DNA of 64,000 bases from an uncultured Kiritimatiellota bacterium (GTDB lineage Bacteria > Verrucomicrobiota > Kiritimatiellia > RFP12 > UBA1067), in contig CAKTZA010000001.1 of assembly GCA_934635045.1 (NCBI GenBank), positions 82,640 through 146,639 on the forward strand. Direction: 5' to 3'. Positions 45,861-54,241 of this stretch are shown here, in pieces (positions within the stretch are counted from its first letter, which is position 1; every line of letters begins with the position of its first letter). The notes under the pieces were generated by a model. It made no database searches. It was not told the DNA's origin and saw only the letters and a list, made by a program, of their open reading frames with translations. A program made the position numbers and the translations under genes.

Positions 45861-46597
45861 TTCTCCTTCAGCCGATCCGCCTCGGCCGTGTAGTCGGCGA
45901 CCCACTTCGCGAGTCGTCCGTCGGCCTTGAGCTCGGCAATCGTCTCGTTGATCGCCTTCAGCAGCTCCGGCTGGCCCTTGCGAATCGCGACGGCATATTC
46001 CTCGGTCGTGATGAAGTCGGAAATCGCAAGGTCGGCCTCGCCCTTCACGCAGTTCTTCGCGGGATCGATGTCCGCAATGACGACATCGACGCGCCCGGCC
46101 TTCAGCGCCGCAACGGCCGCCGCCGGCGAGTCGAAGCGCTCCGGCTGCTGCTTGAGCTCGTCCGTCACGAACGCCTCGCTCGTCGTGCCGCTCTGCACGC
46201 CAACCTTCTTGCCTTTCGCGTCCGCACCCTTCGCGTAGGGGGTCGCCTTCTTGTAGACGAAGACGACGCCCGTCTTCACGTAGGGAACCGAGAAGTCGAC
46301 GTTCTTCTTGCGGTCTTCCGTCACCGTGATGCCGGCGGCCGCGAGATCGGCCTTGCCCGAAATGACCGTCGGAATGACGGAATCGAAATTCACCGACTCG
46401 ACCGCAAACGCCCGGCCGAGCTTCGCCGCGACAGCCTTGCAGATCTCGACGTCGATGCCGACGATCTCCTGTCCGCGCAGGAATTCATACGGAGGGAACG
46501 TCGCCTCGGTGATCATCTTGAGCGTCTCGTCCTTCTTCGCGCAGCCTGCGAGCAGGGCCGCCGCCGCCAACGCAACCATCAGTTTCTTCATTTTCAT
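45857..46597 (-). CDS. amino-acid ABC transporter substrate-binding lipoprotein (copy 1)
   Basis: MKMKKLMVALAAAALLAGC lipobox. ..TEATFPPYEF..DVEICKAVA..SGKADLAAAGITVTEDRKK.VDFS.. Confidence 0.88.
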   Translation of the reverse strand: MKMKKLMVALAAAALLAGCAKKDETLKMITEATFPPYEFLRGQEIVGIDVEICKAVAAKLGRAFAVESVNFDSVIPTVISGKADLAAAGITVTEDRKKNVDFSVPYVKTGVVFVYKKATPYAKGADAKGKKVGVQSGTTSEAFVTDELKQQPERFDSPAAAVAALKAGRVDVVIADIDPAKNCVKGEADLAISDFITTEEYAVAIRKGQPELLKAINETIAELKADGRLAKWVADYTAEADRLKEK

Positions 46598-46648
46598 TTT
46601 TGCCTTTTCCGTTCTTGCCTTTTTCTTGATTTCAAATTTCAGATCTCA

Positions 46649-46684
46649 AATTCGACCATTCGATTATTCGATCATTCGATTATT
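46649..46684. repeat. ATTCGAnn octamer array (4 units)
   Basis: aattcgac cattcgatt attcgatc attcgatt. It overlaps the stop codon at 46680-46682. Confidence 0.85.
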
Positions 46685-47417
46685 TCTTCAGCGCATCCGC
46701 TTCCTTCGTGTACTGCGCGCGAATCGCCGCCATCTTGCCGCTCGCCTTGAGCTCGGCAATCGTCTCGTTGATCGCCTTCAGCAGTTCGGGACGCCCCTTC
46801 TTGATCGCGATGGCGTATTCCTCCAGGTTGATCGGCGTCGGCGCGATTGCGAGTTCGGCCTCGCCGAGCACGCAGTTCTTCGCCGGCTCCACGTCGACAA
46901 GCACGCCGTCGCAGCGGCCCGCCTTCAGCGCGGCGCACGCCTCGGCCGCCGAGCGGAAGCGCTCCGGCTCCTGCTTGAACTGCTCGATCACGATCGTCTC
47001 GGCGGTGTTGCCGCCCTGCACGCCGATGCGCTTGCCCTTGCAGTCCGCCGCCGTCAGGAGCGGCGCGGACTTCTTGTAGATGAGGACGATCTCCGTCTTC
47101 GCGTAGACGTCGGAGAAGTCAACGTTCTTCTTGCGGTCTTCCGTCACCGTGATGCCCGCCGCCGCGATGTCGGCCTTGCCGGACATGACCGAGGGGATGA
47201 CCGAGTCGAAGTCGACGTTCTCGACCGCGAACGTCTTGCCCATCTTCGCCGCGACGGCCTTGCAGATCTCGACGTCAATGCCGACGATCTCCTGTCCGCG
47301 CAGGAACTCGTACGGCGGGAAGGTCGCCTCGGTGATCATCTTGAGGGTGTTCGCGTCATTCTTCGCGCAGCCGCAGAGGGTCGCCGCCGCCGCCAATGCA
47401 ATCATCAGTTTCTTCAT
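46680..47417 (-). CDS. amino-acid ABC transporter substrate-binding lipoprotein (copy 2, paralog)
   Basis: MKKLMIALAAAATLCGC lipobox. About 60% identical by eye to copy 1 over the full length. Confidence 0.88.
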   Translation of the reverse strand: MKKLMIALAAAATLCGCAKNDANTLKMITEATFPPYEFLRGQEIVGIDVEICKAVAAKMGKTFAVENVDFDSVIPSVMSGKADIAAAGITVTEDRKKNVDFSDVYAKTEIVLIYKKSAPLLTAADCKGKRIGVQGGNTAETIVIEQFKQEPERFRSAAEACAALKAGRCDGVLVDVEPAKNCVLGEAELAIAPTPINLEEYAIAIKKGRPELLKAINETIAELKASGKMAAIRAQYTKEADALKK

Positions 47418-47470
47418 TTTCGTTTTCTCCTTGTTTTCTGTTTTCAGATTTCAAATTTCAGATTTTCAAT

Positions 47471-47519
47471 CATTCATCAATTCGATTATTCGATTATTCG
47501 TCAATTCGACCATTCGATC
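47471..47519. repeat. ATTCGAnn octamer array (6 units)
   Basis: cattcatc aattcgatt attcgatt attcgtc aattcgac cattcgatc. It abuts the NhaC stop codon at 47518-47520. Confidence 0.85.
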
Positions 47520-49332
47520 ACTTCCCCTCCATCTGCCGCACCTTGTGGCTGATCGCGTCCTCCGCGCCATCCGCCGGGCCCTTCAGAATGAGCTTGAGGA
47601 AGAAGAGCGTCGCGAGCATGAGCGCAATCGCGAGCGGCAGCGCGATCCACACCGTCCCGACGAACGGCGCGGCGATGTAGGCGACGAACGAGACCGCCGC
47701 GACCGTCAGCGCATACGGCAACTGCGTGTTCACGTGCACGATGTGGTTGCACTGCGCGCCCGCCGAGGCCATGATCGTCGTGTCGGAAATCGGCGAACAG
47801 TGGTCGCCGCACACCGCGCCCGCCATGCAGGCCGACACCGCAATAATCGTCATGGAACTGCCGGGAATCGCCGCGAGGACGATCGGGATCAGAATGCCGA
47901 ACGTGCCCCAGCTCGTACCCGTCGAGAACGCGAGGATGACCGCGATCACGAAGATGATCGCCGGCAGGAAGTTGAAGAGGCCCGCCGCCGGCCCGTTGAT
48001 GAGGTCGGAGATGAAGACCTTCGCGCCCAGCGCGTCCGTCATGCCCTTCAGCGTCCACGCGCAGCAGAGGATCATGATCGCCGGCACCATCGCCTTGAAG
48101 CCTTCCGGGAAGCCGTCCATGCAGTCGCGGAACGAGATGACGCGGCGGCAGACGTAGAAGACGACCGCGAAGACGAGCGCGACGATCGAGCCGAGCGTGA
48201 GGCCGACCGAGGCGTCGGAGTTCGAGAACGCGACGACGAAGTTGCGGTGCGCCTCGCCCTCGGCGAAGAAGCCGCCCGAGTAGATCATGCCGACGACGCA
48301 CGCGGCGATCAGCACGAGGACGGGGATCACGAGGTCGATGACACGGCCCCGGTCGTTCTTCGTGAGCACTTCCGTCGCCGTCTCCAGCGCGCCGAGGTCG
48401 GGCTTGCCGGCGGCGACATCCGCCTCATGGCGGCGCATCGGGCCGAAGTCGAACTTCATGAGCGCGAGCGCGAACATCGTGACGATCGTCAGGATCGCGT
48501 AGAAGTTGTAGGGAATCGCGGCGATGAAGAGCGAGAAGCCGCTTTCCGCGCCCGCGCCCTTCGCGAAGCCGGCGACGGCCGCCGCCCAGCTGGAGATCGG
48601 CGCGATGATGCAGATCGGCGCCGCCGTCGCGTCGATGAGGTACGAGAGCTTCGCGGCCGAGACCCTCTTCGCCTTCGTGACCGGGTGCATGACCGAGCCG
48701 ACCGTCAGGCAGTTGAAGTAGTCGTCGACGAAGATGAGCATGCCGAGGACGATCGTCGCGACCTGCGCGCCGACGCGCGACTTGATGTGCGTCTGCGCCC
48801 AGCGGCCGAACGCCGCCGAGGCGCCCGTCTTGTTCATCATCGCCACGAGCGCGCCGAGGAGGACGAGGAAGATCAGGATGCCCACGTTGTAGGCGTCAGC
48901 GATCTTCGCGATGAAGCCCGCCTGCACGACGTGCGTGAGCGCCGTCTCGAACATGCCGACGAGCCCGTCGGCCTTCGTCGCGTAGAGGACGCCGCCCGAG
49001 ACGATGCCGAGGAAGAGCGACGAGTAGACCTCCTTCGTGACGAGCGCCAGCACGATCGCGAGGAGCGGCGGGAAGATCGCCCACCACGTGCCGAACAGCG
49101 GCTCGGCCTGACGCACCGTCGCGAGCGCCGTCGCCTCGTGCGCCTTGAAGTCCCTGTCGGCCTGCACGTTGTCGGCGTACGCCTCGACGTAGGCCTTCGC
49201 GTCTTCGGCCTTCGCGAGCGCGTAGGTCTTGGCGGAATCCCCCTCGCCAACGACGATCTTGTTTTCTTCAGCGGCCCACAGGCCGCCACACAGGGCGACG
49301 AGCGCCGCACAGCAGAGGAGTTTTCGTTTCAT
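47518..49332 (-). CDS. NhaC-family Na+/H+ antiporter-like membrane protein with N-terminal secreted extension
   Basis: 604 aa. Signal-like N-terminus (MKRKLLCCAALVALCGGLWA), a ~70-aa extension, then a 12+ TM core typical of NhaC-type transporters. Confidence 0.7.
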   Translation of the reverse strand: MKRKLLCCAALVALCGGLWAAEENKIVVGEGDSAKTYALAKAEDAKAYVEAYADNVQADRDFKAHEATALATVRQAEPLFGTWWAIFPPLLAIVLALVTKEVYSSLFLGIVSGGVLYATKADGLVGMFETALTHVVQAGFIAKIADAYNVGILIFLVLLGALVAMMNKTGASAAFGRWAQTHIKSRVGAQVATIVLGMLIFVDDYFNCLTVGSVMHPVTKAKRVSAAKLSYLIDATAAPICIIAPISSWAAAVAGFAKGAGAESGFSLFIAAIPYNFYAILTIVTMFALALMKFDFGPMRRHEADVAAGKPDLGALETATEVLTKNDRGRVIDLVIPVLVLIAACVVGMIYSGGFFAEGEAHRNFVVAFSNSDASVGLTLGSIVALVFAVVFYVCRRVISFRDCMDGFPEGFKAMVPAIMILCCAWTLKGMTDALGAKVFISDLINGPAAGLFNFLPAIIFVIAVILAFSTGTSWGTFGILIPIVLAAIPGSSMTIIAVSACMAGAVCGDHCSPISDTTIMASAGAQCNHIVHVNTQLPYALTVAAVSFVAYIAAPFVGTVWIALPLAIALMLATLFFLKLILKGPADGAEDAISHKVRQMEGK

Positions 49333-49342
49333 AAGTTCGTGT

Positions 49343-49351
49343 ATTATAGCA
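49343..49351 (-). promoter_or_regulatory. extended -10 (TGCTATAAT), near-leaderless
   Basis: Reverse complement of attatagca, 10 nt from the ATG at 49332. Confidence 0.5.
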
Positions 49352-49382
49352 AAAACGCGCGTACGCCGCAGTCGCCAACGGG

Positions 49383-49461
49383 TGCACCTGGAGGGACTCG
49401 AACCCCCACGCTTGCGCAGTGGAACCTAAATCCACCGTGTCTGCCATTCCACCACAGGTGC
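49383..49461 (-). tRNA. tRNA-Leu (anticodon UAG)
   Basis: Acceptor GCACCTG/CAGGTGC+A. D region GGTGGAATGGCAGAC nearly identical to the other tRNA-Leu. Anticodon stem GTGGA/TCCAC with loop TTTAGGT. T arm GGGGG-TTCGAGT-CCCTC. Short variable arm. Confidence 0.8.
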
Positions 49462-49476
49462 GCGGATGCCGCGTCT

Positions 49477-50805
49477 TCAGGCCACGCCCGGAATCGGGGA
49501 CTTCGTGCGGCGGCCGGAGAAGCAAAGCGAACAGAACACCGCGAGGGCGAGAAGCGGCTGGTAGTACAGGCATTTCAGGAGCGAGAGCGAATCGACCGTC
49601 AGGTCAAGCCCGCGCGCGACGCCGATGGCAATCAGGATCTGCGCGCCGTAGGGAATGAGCCCCTGAATGACGCAGGAGGCCGTGTCGAGGACGGACGCGA
49701 TCCGCACGGGATTCGCCCCGAACTTCTCGGAGCATTCCTTCGCGATTGGCCCCGCGATGACGATTGCGACCGTGTTGTTCGCCGTGAAGCAGTTGACCGC
49801 CGACACGAGGAAGAAGACCCCCAGCTCGCACGTGCGCGGCCCGCGAATCACCTTCGCGATCTTCTCCGTGAGCCACAGGACGCCGCCGTTCGCCTGCACG
49901 CTCCGGAAGAGCCCGCCCGCGAGCAGCGCGACAATCAGCGTCTCGCCCATGCCGAGCGTCCCCTTGCCGAGAAGATCCATCGCGTCGAAGAACGCGAACT
50001 TGCCGAGGCAGCCGCCGATCACCGCCGACAGCACCGTGCCCGAGAAGAGGAGCATCATCACGTTGTAGCCGACGAGCGCCAGCACGAGGACGAACACGTA
50101 CGGCAGGACGAGGACGAGGTGCTGCCACGTCACGGCCGGCGCCTCGACCGCCCCCGCCGAGAAGCCGGAGACCGCATAGAGGAACAGCGCGACCAGCGCG
50201 GCCGGCGCGGCAATGAGGCCGTTCGCGAGGAACTTGTCCTTCATGCGTACGCCCTGCGTGCGCGTCGCGGCAATCGTCGTGTCGGAAATCATCGAGAGGT
50301 TGTCGCCGAACATCGAGCCGCCGATGACCGCGCCCATCAGGAGCGCGGGGCTGAGTCCGAGCGGCCCCGCAAAGCCCAGCGCAATCGGCGTGACGGCCGC
50401 AATCGTGCCGCAGGACGTCCCGATCGCGAGCGAGATGAGGCATGAGACGAGAAAGACGCCCGCGACCATCAGCCGCGCCGGCACGAGGGACTGCGCGATC
50501 GTCACCGCCGCATCGACCGCGCCGGAGCCCTTCGCGATCGTCGCGAACGCCCCGGCGAGGATGAAGATGAGGCACATGATCATGATGTTCGGCTCGCCCA
50601 TCCCGCGCGCGTACGTCTCGACCTTCTCGTCGAGCTTCGCCTGGCCGATCAGCAGCGACACGGCCGAAGCGACGAGGAACGCCACCGGCATCGAGACCTT
50701 GTACCACGGCATCTCGAAGCCGAGCTGCCCGGCCCAGAGGGAAAGCCCCACGTAGAACGCGGCGAAAACGAGGAACGGAACGAGCGCGAGGCCTCTGGGT
50801 TTCAT
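49477..50805 (-). CDS. NhaC-family Na+/H+ antiporter-like membrane protein (second)
   Basis: 442 aa, polytopic. ..GSGAVDAAV.. and ..MISDTTIAATRTQG.. parallel ..PISDTTIMASAGAQ.. in the first copy. Confidence 0.7.
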   Translation of the reverse strand: MKPRGLALVPFLVFAAFYVGLSLWAGQLGFEMPWYKVSMPVAFLVASAVSLLIGQAKLDEKVETYARGMGEPNIMIMCLIFILAGAFATIAKGSGAVDAAVTIAQSLVPARLMVAGVFLVSCLISLAIGTSCGTIAAVTPIALGFAGPLGLSPALLMGAVIGGSMFGDNLSMISDTTIAATRTQGVRMKDKFLANGLIAAPAALVALFLYAVSGFSAGAVEAPAVTWQHLVLVLPYVFVLVLALVGYNVMMLLFSGTVLSAVIGGCLGKFAFFDAMDLLGKGTLGMGETLIVALLAGGLFRSVQANGGVLWLTEKIAKVIRGPRTCELGVFFLVSAVNCFTANNTVAIVIAGPIAKECSEKFGANPVRIASVLDTASCVIQGLIPYGAQILIAIGVARGLDLTVDSLSLLKCLYYQPLLALAVFCSLCFSGRRTKSPIPGVA

Positions 50806-50824
50806 GTCGTGCTTTCTGTCTGCC

Positions 50825-52039
50825 TTACTTGCGGAGCTTGTCGCGGTGCGAGAAGAAGATGCGCGTCTTGTTCGCGAAGGACTGCGCCTCCGGGTAGTTC
50901 GCGGTGGAGGCGAGCTTCTGGAACTCCTCCAGCGCGGCCTTCTGCCGCCGGTCGAGGTTCGCGGGCACCTCGAAGACGACGCGCGCGTCGAGATCGCCCG
51001 CCGCGCCGCCGCGCAGCGACGGCACGCCCTTGCCGCGCAGGCGGAAGACCTTGCCGTTCGGCGTCCCCGCCGGAATCTTCAGCTGCGCCTCGCCCTCCGG
51101 CGTCGGCACGGCAATCGTGCCGCCCAGCGCCGCCGTCACGGGCGAGACGGGCACGTCCACGAAAAGATGCTGGCCCTCGCGCTCGAAGATGTCGCTGTCG
51201 CGCACGCCGATGAGAACGTAGAGATCGCCGGGACGCCCGCCGCGCAGGCCGCCCGCCCCCTTGCCCGCGAGCCGCAGCCGCGAGCCGCTGTCGACGCCCG
51301 CCGGAATCTTCAGCGCGATGTGCTGAGGTTGCGTGACGCGCCCCGAACCCCGGCACCGACGACACGGCTTCTCGATGACCGTTCCCTCGCCGCCGCACGT
51401 CGGACACGTCTGCTGGATGCGCAGGAAGCCGCCGCCGCCCATGACGACGCCGTGGCCGCCGCACGTCTTGCACGTCACGCGCCGCGCACCGTCGGCCGCG
51501 CCCGTGCCGTGGCAGTCGGGACACTGCGCCGGAAGGTCGAGGTCAAGCGTCCGCTCGCTGCCGAACAGAGCCTCGTCAAAGTCGATGTCGAGGCGGAAGG
51601 TCATGTCGTCGCCGTCCTGCGGCCCGTTCGGGTCGGCACGGTAGGCGCGCCCGCCCCCGCCGCCGCCGAAGAGATCCTCAAAGCCGCCGAAACCGCCGCG
51701 CGCGCTCCGCGCGCCGCCGCGACCGCCGAAGATGTCGCCGAACATGGAGAAGATGTCATCCATGTTCATGCCGCCCGCGCCAAAACCGCCAGCCCCGCCC
51801 GCGCCATTCGCGAACGCCTGATGCCCGAACTGGTCGTAGCGCTGGCGCTTCTCGGCGTCATGCAGCACGTCGTACGCCTCGGCCGCCTCCTTGAACTTCT
51901 CCTCGGCCGCCTTGTCGCCCGGATTGCGATCCGGGTGGTACTTCATCGCGAGCTTGCGGTAGGCGGACTTGATCTCGTCCGCCGTCGCCGTCTTGGACAC
52001 GCCCAAGACCTCGTAGTAGTCTCTCTTTTCTGATGCCAT
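50825..52039 (-). CDS. dnaJ: molecular chaperone DnaJ
   Basis: J domain ([34 protein letters not shown]), G/F region, and four CxxCxGxG zinc-finger repeats. Confidence 0.95.
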   Translation of the reverse strand: MASEKRDYYEVLGVSKTATADEIKSAYRKLAMKYHPDRNPGDKAAEEKFKEAAEAYDVLHDAEKRQRYDQFGHQAFANGAGGAGGFGAGGMNMDDIFSMFGDIFGGRGGARSARGGFGGFEDLFGGGGGGRAYRADPNGPQDGDDMTFRLDIDFDEALFGSERTLDLDLPAQCPDCHGTGAADGARRVTCKTCGGHGVVMGGGGFLRIQQTCPTCGGEGTVIEKPCRRCRGSGRVTQPQHIALKIPAGVDSGSRLRLAGKGAGGLRGGRPGDLYVLIGVRDSDIFEREGQHLFVDVPVSPVTAALGGTIAVPTPEGEAQLKIPAGTPNGKVFRLRGKGVPSLRGGAAGDLDARVVFEVPANLDRRQKAALEEFQKLASTANYPEAQSFANKTRIFFSHRDKLRK

Positions 52040-52060
52040 ACCGTTAAGCTAAAAGGGAAA

Positions 52061-52084
52061 AAGGATGAAGGATGAAGGATGAAG
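52061..52084. repeat. AAGGATG x3 heptamer array (pyrimidine-rich on the mRNA strand)
   Basis: aaggatg aaggatg aaggatg aag, in the grpE-dnaJ spacer. Confidence 0.9.
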
Positions 52085-52140
52085 TGCGGTGCTGCACACC
52101 TTCTTCTTGCGTCGAAGCCATCAACCGCCGACCTCCATGC

Positions 52141-52182
52141 TTCTTCCTTCTTCCTTCTTCCTTCTTACTTCTTACTTCTTAC
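52141..52182. repeat. TTCTTCC x3 + TTCTTAC x3 heptamer array
   Basis: On the mRNA strand this reads GUAAGAA x3 then GGAAGAA x3. The first UAA is the grpE stop (52179-52181). Confidence 0.9.
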
Positions 52183-52850
52183 TTTTTACCCGACGACACG
52201 ACGACCTGCGCGGCGCGCAGCACCTTGTCCTTCAGCATCCAGCCCTTCTTCGACTCGATCGAGACCTTGCCCTCGGGAATCTCCGCGTGCGGCAGATGGG
52301 CGATCGCATCCATCCGTTCCGTGTCGAGATCGAGCCCGACGGAATCGAACGGCTCCGCGCCATGATCCTTCAACGACTTCAGGAGCGTGTCGTGCACCAT
52401 CTGCACGCCCTTCACGAAGGGGTCGTCGGCCTTGTCCTTCGCGTTCGCGAGCGCGAGCTGGAGGTTGTCGACCGCCGGCAGGACGTCCTTCAGGATGTCG
52501 GCCTCGGCGTAGCGGTACGTGTCCTCACGATCACGCGCCGCGCGCTTCTTGTAGTTGTCGAAGTCGGCGAGCGTCAGAGCGTAGAGCGTCTTCCAGTCGG
52601 GCTCCTTCGGCGTTTCGGCCTTGGGCGGCTCGGCAGCAGACGGCTCGGCTTTCGGCTCGGTTTCGGGTTCGGCGGGCGAGGCGGACGCGGACGCAGAAGA
52701 CGCGCAGGACGGTTCGCCGTCTTCAGTTTTCTTTTCAGAGGGCTTCGCCGTCTCGGCTGTTTCGCCCGAAGTCTCCGCTGTCGTTTCAGCCTTCTGGGCC
52801 TCAGCGGCTTTCGCCGCCTCGGCCGTTTCCTCTTTCTTCTCTTCGCTCAT
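52179..52850 (-). CDS. grpE: nucleotide exchange factor GrpE
   Basis: Acidic/Ala-rich N-terminus, ..DFDNYKKRAARD.., and C-terminal ..GWMLKDKVLRAAQVVVS. Confidence 0.9.
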   Translation of the reverse strand: MSEEKKEETAEAAKAAEAQKAETTAETSGETAETAKPSEKKTEDGEPSCASSASASASPAEPETEPKAEPSAAEPPKAETPKEPDWKTLYALTLADFDNYKKRAARDREDTYRYAEADILKDVLPAVDNLQLALANAKDKADDPFVKGVQMVHDTLLKSLKDHGAEPFDSVGLDLDTERMDAIAHLPHAEIPEGKVSIESKKGWMLKDKVLRAAQVVVSSGKK

Positions 52851-52860
52851 CGTCCGATTT

Positions 52861-52889
52861 CCTCCGTGTCACCGTGGCTCCGTGTGAGA
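52861..52889. repeat. single-arm copy of the CTCCGTG-heptad REP-like element
   Basis: cctccgtgtcaccgtggctccgtgtgaga lies between the argG stop and the grpE start. Its reverse complement supplies the GGAGG upstream of the grpE ATG. Confidence 0.65.
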
Positions 52890-52910
52890 AAAGCCGCGTG
52901 CGAAACCGCC

Positions 52911-54143
52911 TTACGCCTTAATCTGCCCGGCCTTCGCGAGCATCTTCGCCTCGACGGACTGGATCTCGGCAAAGCCCTGCGAGCTGTGCGGATTCAGGCC
53001 GTTCGACGCCTCCATCGAGCTGTCGGCCTCGTTGTAAATCGTCGCCTTGAGGCCCTTGAGGCTCTCGAAGAAGATGTTGCCCTTGTAGAGGCCGAGCGTG
53101 ACTTCGGCCGTCGCCTTGTCGGCCCAGACCTGAATCGCCGCGCGCGCCGCCTGGGTCGCCGGATCGAACCAGCGGCCGTCGTAGATCTGGTCGCTGACGA
53201 GCTTCGAGAGCTGCTGGAAGAGGAGCGTCGAGCGACGGTCCATGATGCCCTCGTAGATGTACTTGAGGCCCCAGCTCAGCACCTCCATGCCCGGCGCCTC
53301 GTAGACGCCACGGCTCTTCGTGCCGATGATGCGGTTCTCCAGCGCGTGCTTCATGCCGATGCCGTTGCGGCCGCCGACCTTGTTCATCTCCAGCATGACC
53401 TCATACGGCGTCATCTTCTGGCCGTTCACCGCGACGCAGCGGCCCTTCTCGAACTTCAGCGTGACCTTCTCGACCTTGTTCGGGGCCTTGTCGGGCCACA
53501 CGCCCATCGTGGGCTTCACGATGCGCATCGACGTCTCCATCGACTCCAGGTCCTCCGCCTCGTGCGAGAGGCCCGCGAGGTTCGCGTCGGTCGAGTACTT
53601 CTTCTTCGTGCCGACGAACGCCGTGATGCCGCGTTCGGCGAGGAACGCGACCATCTGCGTGCGGCCGGGGAACTTCTTCAGCAGGTCCGCGTCGCGCCAC
53701 GGGGCGTAGACGCCGAACTTCGGATCCATCACGTTCGTGTAGCGCTCGAAGCGCATCTGGTCGTTGCCGCGCCCCGTCGCACCGTGGACGAGCACCGTGC
53801 AGCCGGCCTTCTTCATCGCCGGGAGGAGCTTCTGCACCGTGACGGCGCGGGCGATGCCCGTCGAGTTCCAGTAGCCGCCGTCGTACATCGCCTGGCACTT
53901 CACGGTCTCGAAGCAGATGTCGGCCATTTCCTTCGTGACGTCGACGATCGTCGTCTCGACGCCGGTCGGGGCCATCTTCTTCTTGATGTCGTTGATGTCC
54001 TTCTCGTCCGGCTGGCCGACGTTGGCCGAGAACGCCTTGACGTTCACGCCCGCGTCCTTCAGCACGCAGCAGATGGTCTTCGAGTCGAGTCCGCCGCTGA
54101 CGCACACGCCAACGGTCTTGCCCTTGAGGTCTTCGAGTTTCAT
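52911..54143 (-). CDS. argG: argininosuccinate synthase
   Basis: ..VGVCVSGGLDS.. (ATP PPase motif) and ..HGATGRGNDQMRFE..; 410 aa. Confidence 0.93.
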   Translation of the reverse strand: MKLEDLKGKTVGVCVSGGLDSKTICCVLKDAGVNVKAFSANVGQPDEKDINDIKKKMAPTGVETTIVDVTKEMADICFETVKCQAMYDGGYWNSTGIARAVTVQKLLPAMKKAGCTVLVHGATGRGNDQMRFERYTNVMDPKFGVYAPWRDADLLKKFPGRTQMVAFLAERGITAFVGTKKKYSTDANLAGLSHEAEDLESMETSMRIVKPTMGVWPDKAPNKVEKVTLKFEKGRCVAVNGQKMTPYEVMLEMNKVGGRNGIGMKHALENRIIGTKSRGVYEAPGMEVLSWGLKYIYEGIMDRRSTLLFQQLSKLVSDQIYDGRWFDPATQAARAAIQVWADKATAEVTLGLYKGNIFFESLKGLKATIYNEADSSMEASNGLNPHSSQGFAEIQSVEAKMLAKAGQIKA

Positions 54144-54178
54144 GTTGGATTCTCCTTCTGTTCGAAAATCAGGCGCGT

Positions 54179-54187
54179 ATTATAGCA
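54179..54187 (-). promoter_or_regulatory. extended -10 (TGCTATAAT) for argG
   Basis: Reverse complement of attatagca, ~36 nt upstream of the ATG at 54143. GAAGGAGAA SD. Confidence 0.55.
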
Positions 54188-54214
54188 CGTTCGCCGAACA
54201 TCGGCAAACGTGCT
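54184..54214 (-). terminator. 14-bp-stem hairpin after the porin gene, overlapping the argG -10
   Basis: The minus strand reads AGCACGTTTGCCGA-tgt-TCGGCGAACGTGCT, and the 3' arm runs directly into TATAAT. Confidence 0.55.
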
Positions 54215-54241
54215 GCGCAGCAGACGGAACTCTCCGTTGCC

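Noticed and set aside
52040-52910. CIRCE (HrcA) operator upstream of grpE/dnaJ
   Set aside because: No TTAGCACTC-N9-GAGTGCTAA-like inverted repeat was found by eye in the spacers around grpE and dnaJ.
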